From Octopus vulgaris (Eukaryota), in contig OX597835.1 of assembly GCA_951406725.2 (NCBI GenBank), positions 1,736,001 to 1,800,000 of the forward strand: 64,000 nt of DNA, read 5' to 3'. Position numbers and translations under genes: made by a program. The notes under the pieces were generated by a model. That model did no database searches. It saw only the letters and a program-made list of their open reading frames with translations, and was not told the DNA's origin. This document shows positions 25,897-40,393 of this stretch, piece by piece. Every line of letters begins with the position of its first letter. Within the stretch, counting starts at the first letter, position 1.

Positions 25897-25992
25897 CATA
25901 TATATATATACATACATATATATATACATACATATGTGTGTATATATATGTGTGTATATATATATGTATATATATATGTATGTATATATATG

Positions 25993-26025
<33 letters not shown>

Positions 26026-26250
26026 GTGTATATATATATATATATGTGTGTATATATGTATGTATATATATGTATGTGTATATATGTATGTATATATATA
26101 TATATATGTATATATATATGTGTATGTATGTATGTGCATATATATATATATATTTATACATATATATGAAAGATAAAGGACATATACATATGTGTGTGTT
26201 TGTATATATATATATATATATGTCTATGTATATAACTATATATAATATAA
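25820..26250. repeat. (TA)n/(TATG)n compound microsatellite
   Basis: Direct reading; similar tracts at ~15330-15730, 22300-22700 and 49845-50470. Confidence 0.95.
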
Positions 26251-26369
26251 AGTTTTGTTTTTAAATCATTAAATTATTTAACATGCAATGATGCCTTATT
26301 TCACTTGTAATATTTTTGTTTAAGTTCAACAAAATAAGAAATAAAAATCAGTTCCTACAATAACTGCTA

Positions 26370-26420
<51 letters not shown>

Positions 26421-26423
<3 letters not shown>

Positions 26424-26622
26424 GGTGGTGAGCTAGCAGAATTATTAGCCTAGTGGCATTTAGTCTGTCTTTACATTCTGAGTTCAAATTCCACTGGGGG
26501 TCGACTTTGCCTTTCATCCTTTCGGGGGTCGATAAAATGAGTACCGGTTGAATGCTGGTGTCGATGTAATCAACCCATCCCCTCCCCCAAAATTCCTGCC
26601 CTTGTGGTAAAATTGGAAACCA
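26421..26622 (+). mobile_element. SINE family B flanked by (ATT)n
   Basis: GGTGGTGAGCTAGCAGAA...GAGTTCAAATTCC (B-box-like)...GCCTTTCATCCTTTCGGGGGTCGATAAAATGAGTACC (resembles Nin-type central domain). Confidence 0.8.
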
Positions 26623-26656
26623 TTATTATTATTATTATTATTAATATTGTTATTGC

Positions 26657-26697
<41 letters not shown>

Positions 26698-27199
26698 GAA
26701 AATTGAAGTAACTCTTTATGAAGGTGAACATACAGTTAGAAGGGCTTAAAGTATATGCAATATGTAATAAAATCCAGATTGACTTTGTTTATTGTTCAAC
26801 TGTCTTCTTTGGGTTCAAATTGAAAACTGAAAAAATACACAGAAATCCAGAAATTAGAAATTTCAACTGGACTGTCCTGCGTTTCTTCCTAGACAAAATG
26901 TCATCATATTTTGCTTGTTTTGTAACTGGTTAAAACGAGGACAAAAAAATGAAGAGGAAAGAAAACACAAATCTGATGGAATTCTGTCATTTTCAATTTT
27001 TGCATTCCTGTGAATTTTTCATTTTACATTTTGAACTTGAAGACAGACAATGCTGTTGAAATATTGTTCTGTTCAATAAACAAAATCAGTTTTGCCATAT
27101 TGCATTGTGCACTCTAATTGTCCATTATCATTATTGGGGTTGATGTAATTAACTATCCCCTTCCCCAAAATTTCAGGCCTTGTGCCTATAGTAGAAAGA

Positions 27200-27258
<59 letters not shown>

Positions 27259-27279
27259 TATTATTTTTATTATTATTAT

Positions 27280-27720
27280 TGAGTGAGAAAGCAGTGCATG
27301 CCATCAAAGTGACACTGGGGTAAAATATACGAAGCCCGGTATATTCATCATGACTACCCGTCTGATAAGGGTACACTAGGTACATGCATCACAACCATAC
27401 GTGTGCGTGACATGGTGATCCCATATCAAGATAAACAGCACATGACCTTGCAGGTGGGGCCCAGTTAGAATTTTCTTCTGGTCGAGTAACCCATCCCACT
27501 CAAAAGGTCCCTGAATAAGGGTTGTTTAAAGATGTTGAATGAAACACCCATGTTTCCAGAGGTGAATTATTCAAACCCCAAAGAATCCTTCCCAATACAT
27601 GGCTATGATGCTCCCCCACTACTTCTGCTTATGATCAGAGATGCACATATCGTCAACCACTAAGGGACATTCTCAACTGGTTATGGTCAAATAATTGACA
27701 AGCAAATCTGTGGTATTGAG
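27280..27720 (-). mobile_element. Probable retroposon 3' end with (AAT)n tail
   Basis: Complex sequence abutting a long (ATT)n tract and fused to a truncated SINE B at 27717. No second copy seen in the window. Confidence 0.35.
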
Positions 27721-28075
27721 TTCAAATTCCACCAAGGTCGACTTTGCCTTTCATCCTTTCGAGGGTCAATAAAATAAGTACCAGTTGTGTACTGGGGTCA
27801 ATCTAATTGACTGTCCCCCTCCCCCCAAATTTCAGGCTTTGTGCCTATAATAGAAAGGATTATTATTATTATTATTATTCAGGTGGCGAGCTGGCAGAAT
27901 TGTTAGCATTTCATCTGTCTTTATGTTCTGAGTTCAGATTCTGCCACAGTTGACTTTGCCTTTCATCTTTTCAGGGTCAATAAATTAATTACTAGTTATG
28001 CACTGGGGTTGATGTAATCGACTTTTCCCCTCCTTCAAAATTTCAGGCCTTGTACTTATAGTAGAAAGGATTATT
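27717..28075 (+). mobile_element. Two tandem SINE family B copies
   Basis: GACTTTGCCTTTCATC motif twice, each ending AGAAAGGATTATTATT. Confidence 0.8.
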
Positions 28076-28264
28076 ATTATTATTATTACTATTTTTCTTC
28101 TTCTTATTATTATTGTAAGGATTCATGACATAGAGGTTAGGGTGTTGCACTCATGGTTGTGAAATCGTGGTTTCCGTTCCTAGATCAGGTGATGCATTGT
28201 ATTCTTAAGCAAGACTTTTACATCTCACGTTACTCTGCAATCCCTTCAACACTTGACGTGTGCT

Positions 28265-28725
28265 ACACTGGGCTCCTGTTCATACATTGAAACTCCGACG
28301 TCTGGCAGCTGACTTGGCAGACACCCATAAAATTATTAACCATCTTACTAACAATAACTCTGAACACCTTTTCAAACTCCACCCGTCTAACACCCGTGGA
28401 CATGTTTACAAAGTCAGAAAACAGCACAGCTCCCATGACTTTTAGAAACATTTTTTCACGCTAAGATTTGCTGAAGCATGGAACAAACTGACGGCATCAG
28501 TTGTTAGTTGTCGGAGCACTGCATCCTTCAAAACTTCCATGCTTCCTGAGATTCGCTAAGACTACACCTGATTTTCTCCCCTCCATACACACGCAAGCAT
28601 GTATCTGACTCATACACTGTTCACTTCCCAGACATTTCTACATTACTGCGTATGCTTTATACACACTTTTGACAAGTTGTGGTGCACCTGAGCACTGTAT
28701 ACAATAATTTCATTATTATTATTTT
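28265..28725 (+). mobile_element. CR1/L2-group LINE 3' end (ORF2 C-terminus, 3'UTR, (ATT)n tail)
   Basis: LKLRRLAADLADTHKII...NTRGHVYKVRKQHSSHDF*KHFFTLRFAEAWNKL; second copy at 62436-62760. Confidence 0.85.
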
Positions 28726-28782
28726 TTGTTTTTGGATTTTGTTTGCAAGATTCTTTATATGAGTTTGTGTGTTGAAGCATAT

Positions 28783-28988
28783 TCTGTTGTGTCTGGGGAG
28801 AGTCATTTTCTTTTTGTGCCTTATAATGTAACACACTCACTGGTAAAATTTCCACTTATTTCTTATTTTTGTTTTCCTAAAATTTTCGTTGCGTCTTGCA
28901 ACTTTTTCAATAGTCAAGACTATTTTACCTGTGAGTGTGTTACGTAATAAGGCACAAAAAGAAAATGACTCTCCCCAGACACAACAGA
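28783..28988. repeat. Fold-back with 67-bp arms (28783-28849 / 28922-28988); loop holds a hammerhead-like relic on the minus strand
   Basis: TCTGTTGTGTCTGGGGAGAGTCATTTTC...GGTAAAAT and its reverse complement. Minus-strand loop reads TTGAAAA-A-GTTGC-AAGAC-GCAAC-GAAA-ATTTTA. Confidence 0.9.
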
Positions 28989-29599
28989 TTAATATTATTA
29001 TCATACAACATTGATTTGATGAAAGGAATGAACTAATGTACAGCACATACATTTGATTATTATAAACAAATCATTTGTGCTGGTCCTTCAGCAAAGGCCA
29101 AACACTCGTACATCGTCTTTGACGGCAGAGTCCGTCATTATTGTCATTATTTTTAAGGTTGGTGCTAATGATGTCATAAGAATTTCATATATAAAGATAT
29201 CCTTTAAGTTTGTGACAAGAGACAGTGTTGATGATGATGATCATTAGTAATAATTTATGCATGAGCTTAACGTTGGAAATATGTAGGGTAGTTGCGTAAT
29301 TAGTTAAGATGACCCTCTACTCCTACTCCTACCCTACCCCCCTTACTGTGTGCCTAATACTTATTAAATTAATCTAAGGGAAGGGTGAGGATGTCAAATA
29401 GAGTTGAACTTAGCTGTAGGATTAAAAACCCAGAACATAAACCGATTAATCAAATTACTCTTAAGCAATTAGCATAACACATTGTCATTTCTACTACTCC
29501 ACTTATTCTATAATAATAATAATAATGAATAATAATAATGATAATAATAATGATAATAATAATAATAATGATAATAATAATAATGATGAATAATAATAA

Positions 29600-30190
29600 T
29601 AATGCTGATAATTTATTTGCCACAGGGGCATCAGATAAGAGGGTTATTACAAGGGTAGTTTAGAATTTGTGTTGGGGGTCTACATAAAGATGAAGGGAAC
29701 AAAGGGAAAGAAGGGGGAAATGAGATAAAAGTAATATGTAGAATGAAGAATATATGAACACATCTCTGATGATGCAATCCTGGTAGAGGAAAACCTCCAG
29801 CTCGGGCCATTCAAGGAACTCTGTAGGTCTGATCTCAACTAACTGTTCTTCAATCTACAGGCACATGCTTCATTCACCTTAGCCATTTTTGCCACAGTCA
29901 CTCACCTTTATGACAAATTCACTGAGAGAGAGAGAGAGAGAGCACCTCCCTGTCAACCCTCACTTTTTTTCCAGGTGGAACTTTTCAAAAGTTGGTGAAA
30001 GCTTGACTGAAGAAGAAGGTGTCTTTCCTTGTTCATTTAAGCCTTGGCTTTTAGCCTCTTTTACTATGGCCACTAGACAGAGAAACATCACCAGTCCTAC
30101 CTTGTTAGAGATGGGTGCTTGGGTGATCCTCACAATGGACTCAACCTAGAGTCCGACTCATCCAATAATATTACTAATCCGTTTACTTAC
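29600..30190 (-). mobile_element. Decayed LINE 3' end (possibly L1/Tx1-like) with (TTA)n tail
   Basis: Fragmentary minus-strand peptides LVAIVKEA...KFHL...KKVRVDREVLS...VAKMAKVN, followed by a pyrimidine-rich stretch and a trinucleotide tail. Confidence 0.4.
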
Positions 30191-30454
30191 CTGACACCAG
30201 GGCGCTCATTCATGCACCTAAAATGTGTTACAAAAGGGGTTTATAGGATATGTGTGGAGTTATACAAATTAGTTATATAACATGAGGGCAGAGTGTGGAA
30301 GCAAGGCTATTGTACTACGTGTGTGTGTGTATATTGATATAGATATCATCTTTTATCTGTTTCAGTCATTAAACTGTGGCCATACTGGAGCACTGCCTTG
30401 AAGAACTTTTAGTTGAATGAATTGATCGCACTACTTCTTTTTGTTTTACTCTTC

Positions 30455-30493
<39 letters not shown>

Positions 30494-30651
30494 AAAAATG
30501 TTATACAAATTTCTAGACAAGTATATATATATATATATATTTAAAAAAGGAGATGTGGAACATGAGTTGTGATATATAAAAAAAAGGAAATGAAGAAAAT
30601 GCTGACAAAATAATTTAAGTAAGGGAGAGTGTATTTAATTAGGTGAAAGTT

Positions 30652-30690
30652 ATTTTTACCGGTTGCGCATTTGTTATGCTTATCAAAAGA
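30652..30690 (-). ncRNA. Degenerate minimal hammerhead-like motif (U3-A8 core variant, GAAA box mutated)
   Basis: Minus strand TTGATAA-GCAT-AACAA-ATGC-GCAA-CCGG-TA-AAAA; palindromic ACCGGT stem III. Confidence 0.45.
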
Positions 30691-30740
30691 TATTTTTTAA
30701 GAGAGATAGAGTTCCTTTCTGATAGATTTTTTTTCTCTTA

Positions 30741-30781
<41 letters not shown>

Positions 30782-31014
30782 TATGTGTGAATCTAGGCAT
30801 AGGTATGTGGTTAAGAAGTTTGCTTTCCAACTAAATGGTTTCATGTTCAGTGTCAATGCGTGGTGTCTTGGGCAAGTATCTCCTACAATAGTCCAGGCTA
30901 AACAAAGCCTTGTGAGTGGATTTTGTAGATGAACACTGAAAAAAGCTCATCACACACACACCTTTATATGTATGTATATATATTTATACAATACATATAT
31001 ATATATATGTTTCA

Positions 31015-31493
31015 CATAGCCCCAGCCCATCCAAAGTACCTTGGATTGCAGAACAACCTGCTGTGCTTACCTTGGATCGTAAGTTGACCTGCTATGCTTG
31101 AAGGGACCTGTTGAGTCAAGAACATCAAAATAAAAATCAATGGAAATTGTAGTTGTGATACCTGTGCCAGTGGCACGTAAAAAGCACCATTCGAATGTGG
31201 CTGATGCCAGCGCCGCCTTGACTGGCTTCCATGCCGGTGGCACGTAAAAAGCACCAACTGATCGTGGCCGTTGCCAGCCTCCCCTGGCACCTGTGCCGGT
31301 AGCACGTAAAAAGCACCCACTACACTCGCGAAGTGGTTGGCGTTAGGAAGGACATCAAGCTGTAGAAACACTGCCAGATCAGACTGGAGCCTGGTGCAGC
31401 CTCCTGGCTTCCAAGACCCTGGTCAAACCGTCCAACCCGTGCTAGCATGGAAAACGGACGTTAAATGTTGATGATGATGATGATGATGATGAT
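31015..31493 (+). mobile_element. RTE LINE 3'UTR with internal repeats and (GAT)n tail
   Basis: Three G(T/C)(G/A)GCACGTAAAAAGCACC repeats, AACGGACGTTAAA and (GAT)n; homologous to 35640-35960. Confidence 0.85.
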
Positions 31494-31701
31494 ATATATA
31501 TATATAGGAAAATGGGATGGCAAGGAATAAACGATTATGTTATGAACTTCATTAGCTTACAGCTGTTTCAGCTATATGATGCAGTGGACTGGTGTGCCGT
31601 TATCAGACGGATTGTCATGATGGGTGTGTTGGGCTTTGTATATTTGTACTCCAGTGTCATTTTGATAGTATGCACTGTTCTCTCACACAATAATAATGAT
31701 G

Positions 31702-31745
<44 letters not shown>

Positions 31746-32274
31746 TGTTTCAAATTTTGGCACAAGGTCAGCATATTTAAGGGAAGGGGCTTATTCAATT
31801 ACATCAACCCTGGTACTTGATTGGTACTTTATTTTATCAATCCTGAACAGTGGAAACACAAAAGTGACCTTGGCTGGATTTGAAATCAGAATGCAGAGAA
31901 AAAATGCTTGGTTTTACGTATTCTCAGTTAACCATTCTCTCTCTCGACCTCAGAACCTTTTTCAAAGAATGTTGTCTGCTGGATATCTATGTTTTATCCA
32001 CACAGATATTGATCTCTTGGCAGATCCTATATATTGCCGGAGTTAACCATCATATTTGGGCCAGGGCAACATTTCTAAGAAACTTGCCCATTGGATATCT
32101 GTGCTGTATTCAAGCAGATATTGATCCCTCAGGGAATTACTGCTATAGATATTGATCATCCAGTTTTATGGTTCCTGAATGACCAATTTAAACCTGACCA
32201 ATAAAGCAAATTGTTCCAATTTACTCAGAAAGACTTTGCAAAGAAAACATTCCAAATCAGATGTACACTGCCCC

Positions 32275-32650
32275 ACTGCCACCACTACCATCATCACCAC
32301 CACCACCACCACCACCATCACAGCCACCACCACCACCATCACTATCACCACTACCACCACCACTACCATCACCACCACCACCATCACCACCACCATCACC
32401 ACTACCACCACCAACACACCACCACCACCACCACCACCACCATCACAGTCACCACCACCACCAACTACCATCACCACCACCACCAACACTACCATCACCA
32501 CCACCACCATCACAGCCACCACTGCCATCATCACCACCACCATCATCACCATCATCCCTGCTACAACCATTACCACCAACACCATCACAGCCACTACCAC
32601 CATCACCACCACCACCACAACCACCACCACCAGTGCCATCATTATTAACA
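32275..32650. repeat. (ACC/ATC)n degenerate trinucleotide tract
   Basis: Open in nearly all frames as poly-T/H/P/V/G. Confidence 0.9.
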
Positions 32651-32718
32651 CCATCAGTGGACATGGGACAACGAAAATCAAATAAAAAAATACTCATAAC
32701 TCTGGGGTTCTGAGTGAA

Positions 32719-32750
<32 letters not shown>

Positions 32751-33679
32751 ATCTTCTCCTCCTCCTCCCTCCCATCTATGCCTCCACTGTGATTCACTCA
32801 GCAAGAAGAAGAAGAAGCAACTGCCCAGCATCAGTACCCCTCCTCCTACCCCTCCTCCTTGAGAGGAAGGGGACATGGCTGGTGCACAGTTCATCTAGAC
32901 ATCTGTCTGCCACTAAAACCCACCATCACCTCGCTGCCAGCCCCATCTCACCCACATCCCTGCATCATTTGAAGATATTAATCAATACATTAAGAAGTCA
33001 ACTTCTGATCGGTTGATGACATTTATCTTATGAAATCGTTAACTTCTAATGAGGCTGTTTAATCGAGTACAAGAAAAACAATGAGGCATTGATTTCAACA
33101 TTTGTCTTTAAATGACTGTACATGCGTGTATGTAAATATACATACATGCATGTATGTGTGTGTATGTATATATGTGTATGTGTGTGCATGTATGTATATA
33201 TGTGTGCATGTATGTATATGTATATATATGTATATATATAATATCAAAGGGTAATCAGAAATATTAGAAATTTCCATTACAAGTGGCCTAGCGTGTAAAA
33301 ATTTAGTCAATAGATTATATATTATTCATATAAATACAGTGTACATTTAAACACATAAGAGGCATCCATCATAGGACTCCTTGCATGCTAGAGAGGACAG
33401 TTAAATTCCAAACCACTATTAGAGATAACATTTCAAAGAGAATGAAAAATAGAAACATTTACCATCTAACTCCTGGACCAATGGTTTCAGACTTTTTTTT
33501 AGGAAATAAAATAATTTGCTAGGCGAAGTCTTCTTCAGCAGGTACACCTTAGATTAAATATATATGCATGTATGTATAATGTAAAACTGCTGTCAGAGAA
33601 AAACCATGGGAACAGTTCTGTTGCTGTGTTAATTTAAATTTGGTCATGGTGGATCGAATCCACTTCATGCTTGCAAGAT

Positions 33680-35250
33680 CCACTACATTGGAAACACGCT
33701 GTTTGAGAGAGTTCCCAGTGCATCCCACGTACTTCTGTGGACACGTGATGTTGTTGCACCTGTTGCTGCTGTAGGTGGTGCTGTTGTTGCTACCTTTGCT
33801 GCTGTTGGTGCTGGTGCCGGTGTCACTGGGAGTGATGTTGGTGCTGGTTATATTCTCGCCCCTGCACGTGTTGCTTGTGGTGCAGTTGTTGTTGTTGCTG
33901 CTGTTGTCGCTGTTGTTGTTGTCACTGCTGCTGGTGCTGCCACTGGTGCTGCTGTGGTTGTTGATGGAGTTGGGGCTGCTGGTGATGGTGATGGTGGAGG
34001 ATGTGGTGGTGCTGGTGACGGTAGTGATACTGCTGTTACCGTTATAGCTAGTGATGGAACTGAACTGGATCCATTGCCTACTACTACTACTACTACTTCT
34101 ACTACTACTACTACTACTATAGTGGCTAATGGGCCTAGAATCGTGGACGTTGGGGAAGCTATTGGTAAGACAGGTGATGGTGGTGATGTTGACGATGCTT
34201 CTGCCATTGTTGCTAGGGATGCTGCCGCCATCCATGGTGACGGTGGTGATGGTGGCTGTGTTACTGGCTCTGTTCTCATGTCTACGGCCCCGCTATTGTT
34301 TCTGCCGGTGTTAAAGGCATGTTGTGCTAGAACCTCGACCTGATACATGATCCCTTTGGTTTCGTAGGGGTCTCCTACTGGGCAACTGTTTCAGATCCTG
34401 CATGAACAACCCACCTCTTCCTGTGTCCTAGGGGCACTAACTAGGGTGCTCTTAATGTTGGGCTGCACAGCTGAACGAGACCTTAATGTTGTGCCTGTTG
34501 AATATGGGACTGTAATTATGAAAGCTAGTGAAAGGCTTATAGATTAATTTAAGGAAATGTCTACCTACAAGTGTTATTGTGTTAAGGGAGTAAGGCGGGG
34601 CGGGGAGGGGCAACAGAATCGTATTTCTGTGGTGATTCTTTCCTGAAAATCAATAAGTTGTTTTGTCACCATTTTAAATGAAAACATCTTAGAAGAATTC
34701 CTTTTTGAATTCTCGGTTCCTGAAGATCGACAAGTTGCTTTGTCACCATTTTCTGCAGCTGTTGGTTTCTGGCCTGTAGGAGACGTGGTCCCTAAACCCA
34801 CCGGTAGCTAGGGCCTCATTATATTACAGGGCTACTGCATGTAGGCTTCTTGACTGGAGGAAATCCTCCTGCTGATGCCTTTTACAAGGTCCTTGATTAG
34901 TATGGGTGGGTGGGTGTCAGGGGGCTGTGTTTATGTACGACAGCCTCTCGTTTGATTTGCAGTAGGGCCTGTAAGTACCTGAGCCCAAGTCGAGCGTAAC
35001 ACCTAAGAAGTCCACTGATGTGAAGTCGGTCACTATGGTGATCTTCAAGCCTATGGAGGCAAGCGTGCTCTGATTGAGTCTTTCCTAAGTCCGTCTAGTG
35101 TGTGGCTGCTTGCCTCCCCAGAGATGGCCAGGGTGTCATCCCTGTAGAAGCCAAAGAGGACAGAGGGGGACTTTCTTTCTAAAGGTATCTAGGCCAGCAG
35201 TCCCTTATGAGCAAGAAACTGAGGGTAATCCCATAAACTGGCCTACCCCA
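33680..35250 (-). mobile_element. Decayed Penelope-like retroelement: RT C-terminal half, thumb/linker, GIY-YIG endonuclease
   Basis: Minus-strand peptides in the expected order: FGFYRDDTLAI (YRDD 35146-35135), IGLKITI...VDFLGVTLDLGSGTYRPYCKSNERLSYIN, YNEALATGGF, PPYSLNTITLVGRHFLKLI...IFNRHNIKVSFSC, GCSCRI*NSCPVG..KGIMYQVEV (34354-34331), KYVGCTGNSLKQRVSN (YVG 33731-33723). Stops and frameshifts present. Confidence 0.88.
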
Positions 35251-35267
35251 CTATAATATACCTACAT

Positions 35268-35324
<57 letters not shown>

Positions 35325-35329
35325 CATAT

Positions 35330-36588
<1,259 letters not shown>

Positions 36589-36874
36589 AGCATGCAAATT
36601 AGTAATTCCAGTTCTTCTCTGAAGCTACAAGATTTGGTGTGTATATAAACAGCTTGGCAATTTGTTTTTCTGGGATTGATCAAGTGATAGAAACACACCT
36701 CTCATAAGAACCCAATAAAGTTTGAAAATCTATAAAAGGCTGTTCAACATTTTGTCAGTCAATGGAGAAATATGGAAATAAATTTGACATATTTGCATAT
36801 CTGCAATGTAAGTTCACAAACATGTACACACACACAAACACACACACAAACACACACACAAATACACACATATG

Positions 36875-37280
36875 TATGATAGGCTTCTTTCAGTTTCTCA
36901 TTTCTTTACTACCCACAAGGGGCTAAACATAGAGGGGACAAACAAGGACAGACAAAGGGATTAAATCGATTACAACGACCTCAGTGCATTACTGGTACTT
37001 AATTTATTGACTCCGAAAGGATGAAAGGCAAAGTCGACCTCAGCGGAATTTGAACTCAGAACACTACAGCAGACGAAATACCACCAAGCATTTCGCCCGG
37101 CGTGCTAACGTTTCTGCCAACTCGTCGCCAGCTTCTTTCAGTTTCTGTCTATCCAATCCATTCACAAGGCTTGGTCAGCCCTAGGATAAAATAGAGAATA
37201 CTTGCCAAGTAGCCATACTGTGGCACTGAGTCCAAAACAATGTGGTTTGGGAGCAAACTCCTTAACCACTCAGCCATGTG
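36875..37280 (-). mobile_element. SINE family A head with a nested family B copy (36899-37130) and a 16-bp target-site duplication
   Basis: GCTTCTTTCAGTTTCT at both 36883-36898 and 37131-37146. Confidence 0.85.
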
Positions 37281-37679
37281 TGACCTGGCAGTTAGGACAT
37301 TGCATACAGGGTCAGTGGTTCAATTCTTGGAATGGATGCTATGTTTTGGGCTTGAACCTGGCATTTCATTTCAACCCAGCTGAAAAGGAGGGCTTATAGC
37401 AGATGGGAGCTAGCTTCCCCTAGGGGGAAGTGTTGTGCTCTCAATCATATAAGTACTTTGTAAACCAGGATATGCTGTTGGCTAATGAACCTGTGGTCTT
37501 GAAACTTATGTGTGTATGTGTGTGTTTTTGTCCATCACCACTGCTTGACAACCATGACTTAGTGATTCGGCAAAAGTGACTGAAAAAATAAGAATCAGAC
37601 ACAATAAAAAGAACTGGGATTGGTTCATTCAATTAAAATTCTTTTAGGGTGATGCCCCAGCATGGGAGCAATCTGGAAC

Positions 37680-38090
37680 TAGTAGTGGCTGTGTGGTAAG
37701 TAGCTTGCCTACCAACCACATGGTTCCGGGTTCAGTCCCACTGTGTGACATCTTGGGCAAGTGTCTTCTGCTATAGCCCCGGGCTGACCAATGCCTTGTG
37801 AGTGGATTTGGTAGACAGAAACTGAAAGAAACCTGTCGTATATATTTATATATATATATGTATGTGTGTGTGTTTGTGTGTGTGTGTTTGTCCCCCAGCA
37901 TTGCTTGACAACTGATGCTGGTGTGTTTACGTCCCCGTCACTTAGCGGTTCAGCAAAAAGAGACCGATAGAATAAGTACTGGGCTTACAAAGAATAAGTC
38001 CCAGGGTCGAGTTGCTCGACTAAAGGCGGTGCTCCAGCATGGCCGCAGTCAAATGACTGAAGCAAGTAAAAAAAGAGAGAAAGAGAGAGT
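37680..38090 (+). mobile_element. SINE family A, full length
   Basis: Colinear with 8850-9248. Confidence 0.9.
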
Positions 38091-38566
38091 ATTATCAATA
38101 TTTAATGTCCATCTTCCATGCTGATATGAATGTCTAACTCTCCCTCTCTCTCTCTGTCTCTCCCCCTCACTCCCCCCCTCTCGTTTTGACCCCTAGCCTG
38201 GCATTGTGCTGTGTTCTCTCAACTGTAAATGGGTAACCCTGCAACATACTAGGGTTCAGAGGGAATGGGGGACTGCCGGCCCTGCCAGAAAGGGTAGCAT
38301 CACTTGAAAGCCACAACAATGTGAGGAATACACTACAATACACAACATGTGATAGTCTTGTCAATGCAGTGAGACAATGGTAAGCATGGCTGAGTGTTAA
38401 GAAGTTTGCTTCCCAACCACAGGGTTCCGGGTTCAATAGGACGAGGATCAAGTTTTAAAAAAAAACAAGTACTGGGGTCAATACATTCAACTAAAAAATT
38501 TTACAAGCCAGTGCTCCAGTATGGCTTCAGCCTAATGACTGAAAGAAATAAAAACAGTTAGAAGAT

Positions 38567-38623
<57 letters not shown>

Positions 38624-38689
38624 TTTACACAGGTATGACACCAAACCCTTTCAATTGAGGTTTTATTCACGCAGGCTATGTAATATAAG

Positions 38690-39045
38690 TGCTTCAGTTG
38701 AGTTGTTTGACTAAAACCCTTCAAGGCCGTACCCCAGCATGGCCACAGTCCAATGACTGAAATAAGGAAGAGAAATAAAGGCCTGGTACTTACAGTATTG
38801 GCCTCTTTTGCCAAACTACTAGGTTACAAGTATGTAAACACACCAACACCAGTGGAGAACAAATACATACTTAAGACACACACACACACATAAACACACA
38901 CATACATATGACAGGCTTCTTTCAGTTTCCATCTATCAAATTCACTCTCAAGGCTTTTGTTGGCCTGAGGCTATCACACAGTGGGACTGAACACAGAACC
39001 ATGTGTTTGGGAAGCAAATTTCTTAGCAGAAGCCACACCTGTACC
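38690..39045 (-). mobile_element. SINE family A, decayed
   Basis: CAGTGGGACTGAACACAGAACCATGTG and GGCTTCTTTCAGTTTCCATCT segments, with tail pieces. Confidence 0.65.
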
Positions 39046-39849
39046 TACACACACACACACACACACCTACACATTCATATGTATATGTTGGGTTTTTGCT
39101 TTCTGTCCATTATTCTATGTAAGCATGGATCAGATGAATACATTCACTGTGGCATTGTTTTACGATCAGATTCTCTTCTTGCCACAAAGCATCTGGCCAA
39201 GTTTAGTCAGATTTCTACGATCTTAATATTTTGTCCATCTCATCTTTCCTACCAGGATAATTCTTCTCTCTGTGTCCAGTTAAGTGATGGATTTATATCT
39301 TTGCAGGATGACCAATGTGATTACAAAAACAACACACCCTAATTAGTAACACCCCTAACAATGTAAAAGATTATTGTCATTAATCAGCAGCTGCTCATTA
39401 GTTCTCCACCAGTAACGAGCAAAAGGAACTCTTCTTTCTCTAACGACGTCTTACAGGAGTGAAAGCACATTGTGGAATCCGTGTTTGGTTGGTGGTTCCT
39501 TCCAGGATACATTCCGAACAGCGCAAGGTGGGTGTTTAAGTGTCAGCCTTATCATACGCATGCACACACACAGACACACAGACACACGCACTCATGTATG
39601 CACTCATTTATACACACAGACACACACCAACACACACATGCACACAACGACACACATACATACACATGCACACATATACATGCATGCGCACAAACACACA
39701 CATGCACACATAGAAACACACACACACACACAAACACATACACATGCACACACACACATGCATGTACACACACACACACACAGAAACATAAACATACACA
39801 TACATGAACACACACATATGCAATCACATATACATGCATGCACACACGT

Positions 39850-39888
<39 letters not shown>

Positions 39889-40348
39889 CCACTCTCTTGC
39901 TGAACCTACTACTACCACACCTCTCTCCTTCTTGTCACAGTTGCCATGTCCGCTGCACCTCCCTCCATTCAACATGTCTCTTTGGTACCAAAGCATCTCT
40001 GCATTCTCCATTCTGATGCCATTTACAGGTTCCAACATAATATTCTCTCCACCTGCCCTTCCTACCTTTATACACCCCCACCCTTACACTTAAATGTAGC
40101 TTCCCCATTAGTTAATAACCCTGCCACACTAACACACCTCACCTACATGTTCAATGAACCCGTCCACTGCCTTTTGTACGTTTCATGGAGTTTACTCAGA
40201 CATTATTAAAACACGCTGCAAACGACCATCTTACTGGTTGGCCCACATCACCCCCTGCTTTATATAATGTGTGTGTGTACATGTGTGTAGGTGTGTGTGC
40301 GCGTGCATGCAGGCATGCACGTGTGTATGTGTGTGTGTGTGCATGTGT

Positions 40349-40388
<40 letters not shown>

Positions 40389-40393
<5 letters not shown>

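Noticed and set aside
32166-32713. Mucin-like poly-T, poly-H and extensin-like ORFs
   Set aside because: An (ACC)n tract open in most frames, with no domain or convincing splice context.
33848-34348. Pro/Thr/Ala-rich ORF as a host mucin-like gene
   Set aside because: Bracketed by Penelope linker and GIY-YIG motifs; it is part of the retroelement.
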